DNA of 64,000 bases from an uncultured Desulfobacter sp. (GTDB lineage: Bacteria > Desulfobacterota > Desulfobacteria > Desulfobacterales > Desulfobacteraceae), in NCBI GenBank assembly GCA_963665095.1, contig OY762069.1, positions 1,664,001-1,728,000 of the forward strand. The letters are read 5' to 3'. Below the pieces are notes generated by a model. The model had not been told where the DNA came from. It saw only the letters and a program-made list of their open reading frames with translations, and did not search any database. Each line of letters starts with the position of its first letter. Positions within the stretch are counted from its first letter, which is position 1. Below, piece by piece: positions 58,665-64,000 of this stretch. The position numbers and the translations under genes are program-made.

Positions 58665-61600
58665 ATGAAGCTGGGTAAATATGAGATCCTAGAAATTTTC
58701 AAAACTGAAAAATACAAAACCATCTATTCCGCACAGGCTGACAGGAAGCGTTTTCTCGTGCATGAATATCGGAATGCCCAGATGGCAGACCATGAGGAAA
58801 AGATAACCGCCTGCCTTTCCGGATGTCATGTGGATCAGTTCATCGATTCATATCAATTTAAAGGGAAAAAGCTGCTGGTTCAAAAAATTTATACCGGTGT
58901 CACTTCAGACCAGTATTTCAATGATCACTCTTTGCTTGCGGAAAAAATCGCTATTGCCAGGTCTGTGCTGGCCACACTAAAAAAAATTCATGACGCAGGG
59001 GTGATTTATAATAACCTGTCATTAAAAAATATCACTATTGAGCCATCCGGCAATGTCATGCTGCATAATTTTTTACCGGCTGTCCTCTCTGGAGATGACG
59101 CCATTCATGAATTCAACAATCTGACAGATCCTTGTTTTACGGCGCCTGAACAAACGGAGAGAATGGAAGGAAAGACGTCCTTCAGCAGCGATTACTATTC
59201 CTTTGGCATCTTTATGTATTGGCTTCTCACCAAAAGACTTCCCTTTAATGCGGAGGATCTTTCCGCACTGATCTTGCTGCATGTGGCCCAGCAGCCGACC
59301 AGGCCGTCACGGGTTGACGAACAGATTCCTGAAAATCTTTCCAGTATCGTTGAAAAGCTGCTGGAGAAGGCGCCCTCAAACAGGTACAGATCCATTGAGG
59401 GTATCTTACACGATTTAGATCACTTTTTTGATCCGAACTTCCAGTTAGCCGGGATGGATATGGACATCCAATTTAGGGTCTGTGCCAAAATATACGGCAG
59501 GGAAGAGGAAGCGGACCGGCTAAAAAAGGCAGCAGACTCACTTAAAGAGGGTAAGGTCAGCCTGGTCAGCATTTCAGGCTATTCGGGCGTGGGCAAGTCA
59601 ACCCTTGTGCTTGAATTTCAAAAATCCATTGCCGCCCGTACGTTTCGGTTTATCTCAGGTAAATTCCAGCAATATAAAAAAGATACGCCTTACTTTGCGC
59701 TGATTGAAGCCTTTGACAGCCTTTTTGACATGCTCCTTTTATCAAAACAGGCAGTGCTGGATGAATTCTGCATGTCTTTTAAAATGGCCATAGGGGATCA
59801 GGGACAGGTCCTGACATCCGTCTTTCCTAAACTGGAACTGATTGTCGGCACACAGAAACCTGTGGAAGAGCTTGTGGGGGAAAATGCCCAGAACCGATTT
59901 AACTATTGTTTTATCATATTCATCAACCTCATTGCCACCCGCCAACGTCCCCTGATCCTTTTTCTGGACGATCTTCAGTGGACCGACCTGGTATCTTTGA
60001 ATGTATTGCGCGCTGTATTCCAGCATATGACCGGGTTTCTGCTGGTGGTACTGTGCCACCGTTCCAATGAAGTGGGCCCCCACCATCCCTTCCGGCAGTG
60101 GCTGAATGACATCGGCACGCTTCAAATCCCGTATGAACGGATCACTGTGACAGATTTGCGGCCGGGAGATGTTTCTGCCCTGGTGGCAGACAGTTTGGGC
60201 CGGCCCAACCCGGAATTAAGCCGGATGGTATTCGAGAAGACCAATGGGAATGCCTTTTTTATCCATCAGCTGCTGAATGGTATGGCAGATGACAACTTTT
60301 TTATCCGGGATGTAAAAAACAAAGCCTGGCAGGTTGACCTGAAAAAGGTCTCGTCTTTAAAAGTCTCCAGCAATGTAGTTGAACTTATGCAGGCACGGCT
60401 GACACGTTTGCCGGCAAAGGTGGCGAATCTGATAAAGGTCATTGGCGCCGTGGGCCACAACGTGGATCTTGATGTACTGGCCATTGTTACAGCCAAAAGC
60501 ACGGATTATATTAGGCAGACCCTGAGGCAGCCTTTTGAATACGGGCTCCTGGTTCTGAAAAAAAACCGGCTTTATTTCACCCACGATAAAATCCAGCAGG
60601 CCTGCTACCAGCTCAACATGCCTGAAGACCTTCCCCGGCTGCACTTTACCATTGCAGACACCCTTATGCGAAACAAACTGAACCAGCGACTTGATGATCT
60701 TTTCAATCTTGCGGGCCATCTGGACAAAGGGTTTGACCACATATCCGATAATTTAGAAGAATATATCAAAATTTACATGAAGGCGGCCCTTAAAAGCAAA
60801 GAGATCTCGGCGTATCATAAGTTCCTGCACTATATGGAAAAGGCGTTGTCCCTGCTGGAAAAAAACCATCCTGAATCCCTTAGGAACAAGATATGCTGCC
60901 AGTATCATATCGCTTTGTACCTGAACAGTCGGTTTAAAGAGGCAGACGCCTTTTTTAACGATAAACTGAGCCGGATTCAGGACCATCTGACGTTAAGGGA
61001 AAACTATTTCGCCAAGGTCTCCCAGGACAGCATGCTGAAAAATTATAAACAGGCTGTTGAACTGGGAATGGAAGTTTTAAAACCCTTTAGAGTTTCGCTG
61101 ACCGCAGATCCTTCGGCTGAACAGTTGATTCGGCTGATGGATGAGATGGGATCGGGCTTAAAACAGTGTGGTATAACCAGCATTTCAGATCTTCAGAAGA
61201 TTAAGCAACAAAATAAAGATGAGATGGAATTTATCTGTGGGATCATTATGGCCATGCTGCCGGCCTCCTATTTTTATAACCCCAAAATTTCATGTCTGCT
61301 CTTTTTTGCCACGGTTCAACTGGCACTTAAAAACGGCGTTTTTGAAACCATGGCATATGCCTTTGCCATTGCATCCATGCCGTTTATCCTGATCAAAAAC
61401 GATTACCGTTCCGCCTTTCAGTATGTGGAATTTGCCGTACAGGCAGCCGGGGCCAACAAACGGGCTCTGGGCAATGCCAAACATATATTGATCCTGGTAA
61501 CCTGGCACTGGAACAGACCCATGAAAGACGATACCGCCCTGGAAATTGCCAGGGACGCCCACCATCTATTAGTGCAGGGTGGTGATATTCAGATGGCGGG

Positions 61601-64000
61601 ATACACCTATTTTGACACGGTGTCATATATGTGGGAACGAGGAGATGCCTTGCTAAACGTCCTGGCAGAAACCGAAAAGACAATTGAGTTTAACGAAAAG
61701 ACAAAAAATATTCATGGGACCACCATTATTCTGCCCTTTTATCAGATAGTGAAAACACTGATGGCAGGGGATGGGGATTTCTGCAATTTCAGCCAGGACG
61801 GATTCAGTGAAAAAGAGTACATTGAGACCAATGAGGGAAACCCCATGGCTCTTTGTTTTCTTTATGTGTATAAAACCCAGCTGGCCTATATGGGCGGTGC
61901 TTTTAACGAAGCTTACGCCTTTGGGGTAAAGGCCCGGGCTCACCTCCTTTATATCACCGGAATCATTTCAGCCCAGACAGGAATTTTTTACGCAGCCCTA
62001 AGCGCCTGTGCGGTGCTGGCCCCGGACAGCGACCAATGGGACACCGTCACCCGGGCCTTGGAGCAGATGCATGAGTGGAGTAAGGGATCTTCCGACAATT
62101 TTAAACATAAATTTCACTTCCTGGAAGCAGAGATTGCCAGAAAAAAGGGGGATATTACGCAGGCCATTCGATGTTATATCCAGGCGATTCTGGCAGTCAG
62201 ACAGAACCGCTTTCTGCATGAAAAAGCCTTGATCTGTGAAAGGTTTGCCGCTTTCTGGGAGGAGCAGGAGAATACGGAGTTAAGTGAGTATTACGTAAGG
62301 GAGGCCATCCAGGATTACGAGGAATGGGGCGCAACGCTAAAGAGCCGGCAGCTAAGGCAGAAATACCACAAGATCCACTTTGAAAGCCAGTCCCATGGCC
62401 TGGATCTCTTAAGCGTCATCAATGCCCAGAATGCCCTTGCCCAGGAGACCAATATAAAGGCCCTTTTAAAACAGATGATGCAGATTCTTCTTGAGGTGTC
62501 CGGTGCTGAACGAGGATTTCTGATTCTTAAAGACACAGCGTGGTGTATTGAGGCGTTCAAAACCATTGAAGGTGAAGAAATTTTTCTGGAAAGCCTGCCT
62601 TTAAGCGAAAACATGCTCTGCGTTGACATGGTCAACTACGTGATCCGTACCGGCCAGACTGCCAACCTTGAACAGCTGCCAGTCCATCTGGAGGATCCTT
62701 ATCTGAACCGTGTAAAGCCGCAATCCCTGATTGCCCTGCCTGCGGTTGTCAGCTCCAGAATCATTGCCGTGATCTATCTGGAACACAGGCGGATTAAAAA
62801 TATATTTACCGCCAGCCGTAAAGAGACAATCAAACTGTTGTCCACCCAAATCGCCATATCCCTGAACAATGCCCAGATTTACAACCAGCTGGAGCAGCGG
62901 GTCCAGGAGCGGACCCGGGAGCTGGCCGCCCAGAACGAAGCGCTTAAGGTTGCCCGCAGAAAAGCGGATGAGGCCAATGAGGCCAAGTCGGAATTTTTAA
63001 ACAACATGAGCCATGAACTGCGTACGCCGCTGATTGCGGTCACGGGTTTCAGTGAACTTTTATCCACTTTGGTTTCCGACCCCAAGCAGAAAAGCTATCT
63101 GGAAGCCATCAAAACCGCGGGAAAAAATCTGGTCACCCTGGTAAACGATGTGCTGGATCTGTCAAAAATTGAGGCAGGCAAGATGGAGCTTGCCCCCGCA
63201 CCTGTAAATCTGAAAACCATTTTCATGGAGATCGAGCAGATTTTCAGAATAAAATGCAAGGCAAAAAAGATAGGTTTTCTTATATCCCATTGTCCGGGAC
63301 TGCCCGACCGTCTCTTTCTTGATGAAATCAGGATCAGACAGATCCTGTTAAACCTTGTGGGAAATGCCGTAAAATTCACGGATAAGGGTGAGGTGACGCT
63401 CTCATCACGGATAAAAAAAACAGATGAAAACAAACTGGCATTAACCATATCCGTCCAGGATACAGGAATCGGAATCGCCAAAAAGGAACAGGAGAGCATT
63501 TTTAACTCCTTTGAGCAGCAGAAAAACCAGAACACAGCCAAGTATGGGGGAACAGGCCTTGGCCTTGCCATCACCCGGCGGCTGGTGCGCCTGATGGAGG
63601 GCAGCATTTCCGTCGCAAGTACACCCGGCAAAGGCAGCCGGTTTGATGTCCGGCTTTTTGATGTGAAAAAGGCCGGAGCCGGCGATCCGGGGCCTGAGAT
63701 CCCCGCCAGCCCCCTTGAAAATATCGAGTTCAACCGGGAAAGAATACTTGTTGTGGATACCACTGATGCCAACCGCCTCTTTCTGCAGGAGGCCCTGTCT
63801 AAAATGAATCTGGAAGTGATGACAGCCAATAATGGACATGAAGCCCTGCTGCTTTCCATTGAGCTGATACCGGACCTCATTTTAATGGATATCAGAATGC
63901 CGGTAATCAGCGGTTTTGAGGCTGTCGAACTATTGAAAAATCGCCCGGAAACCAGACAGGTGCCTGTTATCGCATTATCCGCTTCTCCGACCAGGGAAGA
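58665..64000 (+). CDS. Giant hybrid sensor: pseudo-Ser/Thr kinase + AAA ATPase + GAF + histidine kinase + REC; runs off the window end (alternative start 58602)
   Basis: Open frame absent from the ORF track because no stop lies in the window: APEQT, SGYSGVGKS, FLDDLQW, GAF, MSHELRTPL (63006, same frame), NLVGNAVKFT, GGTGLGLAI, LMDIRMP. Confidence 0.88.
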   Translation, partial: MKLGKYEILEIFKTEKYKTIYSAQADRKRFLVHEYRNAQMADHEEKITACLSGCHVDQFIDSYQFKGKKLLVQKIYTGVTSDQYFNDHSLLAEKIAIARSVLATLKKIHDAGVIYNNLSLKNITIEPSGNVMLHNFLPAVLSGDDAIHEFNNLTDPCFTAPEQTERMEGKTSFSSDYYSFGIFMYWLLTKRLPFNAEDLSALILLHVAQQPTRPSRVDEQIPENLSSIVEKLLEKAPSNRYRSIEGILHDLDHFFDPNFQLAGMDMDIQFRVCAKIYGREEEADRLKKAADSLKEGKVSLVSISGYSGVGKSTLVLEFQKSIAARTFRFISGKFQQYKKDTPYFALIEAFDSLFDMLLLSKQAVLDEFCMSFKMAIGDQGQVLTSVFPKLELIVGTQKPVEELVGENAQNRFNYCFIIFINLIATRQRPLILFLDDLQWTDLVSLNVLRAVFQHMTGFLLVVLCHRSNEVGPHHPFRQWLNDIGTLQIPYERITVTDLRPGDVSALVADSLGRPNPELSRMVFEKTNGNAFFIHQLLNGMADDNFFIRDVKNKAWQVDLKKVSSLKVSSNVVELMQARLTRLPAKVANLIKVIGAVGHNVDLDVLAIVTAKSTDYIRQTLRQPFEYGLLVLKKNRLYFTHDKIQQACYQLNMPEDLPRLHFTIADTLMRNKLNQRLDDLFNLAGHLDKGFDHISDNLEEYIKIYMKAALKSKEISAYHKFLHYMEKALSLLEKNHPESLRNKICCQYHIALYLNSRFKEADAFFNDKLSRIQDHLTLRENYFAKVSQDSMLKNYKQAVELGMEVLKPFRVSLTADPSAEQLIRLMDEMGSGLKQCGITSISDLQKIKQQNKDEMEFICGIIMAMLPASYFYNPKISCLLFFATVQLALKNGVFETMAYAFAIASMPFILIKNDYRSAFQYVEFAVQAAGANKRALGNAKHILILVTWHWNRPMKDDTALEIARDAHHLLVQGGDIQMAGYTYFDTVSYMWERGDALLNVLAETEKTIEFNEKTKNIHGTTIILPFYQIVKTLMAGDGDFCNFSQDGFSEKEYIETNEGNPMALCFLYVYKTQLAYMGGAFNEAYAFGVKARAHLLYITGIISAQTGIFYAALSACAVLAPDSDQWDTVTRALEQMHEWSKGSSDNFKHKFHFLEAEIARKKGDITQAIRCYIQAILAVRQNRFLHEKALICERFAAFWEEQENTELSEYYVREAIQDYEEWGATLKSRQLRQKYHKIHFESQSHGLDLLSVINAQNALAQETNIKALLKQMMQILLEVSGAERGFLILKDTAWCIEAFKTIEGEEIFLESLPLSENMLCVDMVNYVIRTGQTANLEQLPVHLEDPYLNRVKPQSLIALPAVVSSRIIAVIYLEHRRIKNIFTASRKETIKLLSTQIAISLNNAQIYNQLEQRVQERTRELAAQNEALKVARRKADEANEAKSEFLNNMSHELRTPLIAVTGFSELLSTLVSDPKQKSYLEAIKTAGKNLVTLVNDVLDLSKIEAGKMELAPAPVNLKTIFMEIEQIFRIKCKAKKIGFLISHCPGLPDRLFLDEIRIRQILLNLVGNAVKFTDKGEVTLSSRIKKTDENKLALTISVQDTGIGIAKKEQESIFNSFEQQKNQNTAKYGGTGLGLAITRRLVRLMEGSISVASTPGKGSRFDVRLFDVKKAGAGDPGPEIPASPLENIEFNRERILVVDTTDANRLFLQEALSKMNLEVMTANNGHEALLLSIELIPDLILMDIRMPVISGFEAVELLKNRPETRQVPVIALSASPTRE

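Overview
A 64 kb chromosomal window from a sulfate-reducing deltaproteobacterium, most likely Desulfobacteraceae (Desulfobacter-like; inferred from the ahbC/hemB/ahbD heme genes, the PEP-CTERM gene and overall gene content). Core genes occupy 1-9.5 kb: hpf end, ptsN, rapZ, PTS EIIA, gap, tpiA, secG, tRNA-Leu, a ClpX-like ATPase and ahbC-hemB-ahbD. An accessory block at 9.6-20.6 kb carries a porin, a non-pyrrolysine MttB methyltransferase and a Dpp/Opp ABC transporter; it ends at an IS4 element next to tRNA-Leu(TAG). Next come a DHH-CBS protein, a fully decayed pstSCAB operon, a hydrolase/GlxA regulator pair, a sigma54-type PEP-CTERM gene, and a PUFA-synthase-like KS-CLF-DH gene coupled to oleA-oleB-(orf)-oleC. 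The strongest signal is an IS110-family element (about 39192-41353). Its 3' non-coding end folds into two internal-loop stem-loops, and three of the four loop guide segments match the element's own ends and right flank. This is a bridge/seek-type RNA that can be read directly from the sequence, paired with a large recombinase that has Thr at the usual catalytic Ser position. Beside it lies a candidate two-gene defence system (N6-adenine MTase with a degenerate nuclease domain plus a separate PD-(D/E)XK-like protein). Further right are an xsc operon linked to opine-dehydrogenase-like and OCD/mu-crystallin genes (candidate tauropine/taurine-conjugate pathway), cvfB, a triple-PBP diguanylate cyclase, and a giant pseudokinase-AAA-GAF-HK-REC gene that runs off the end and is missing from the ORF track. 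All calls were made by eye; no searches were run.
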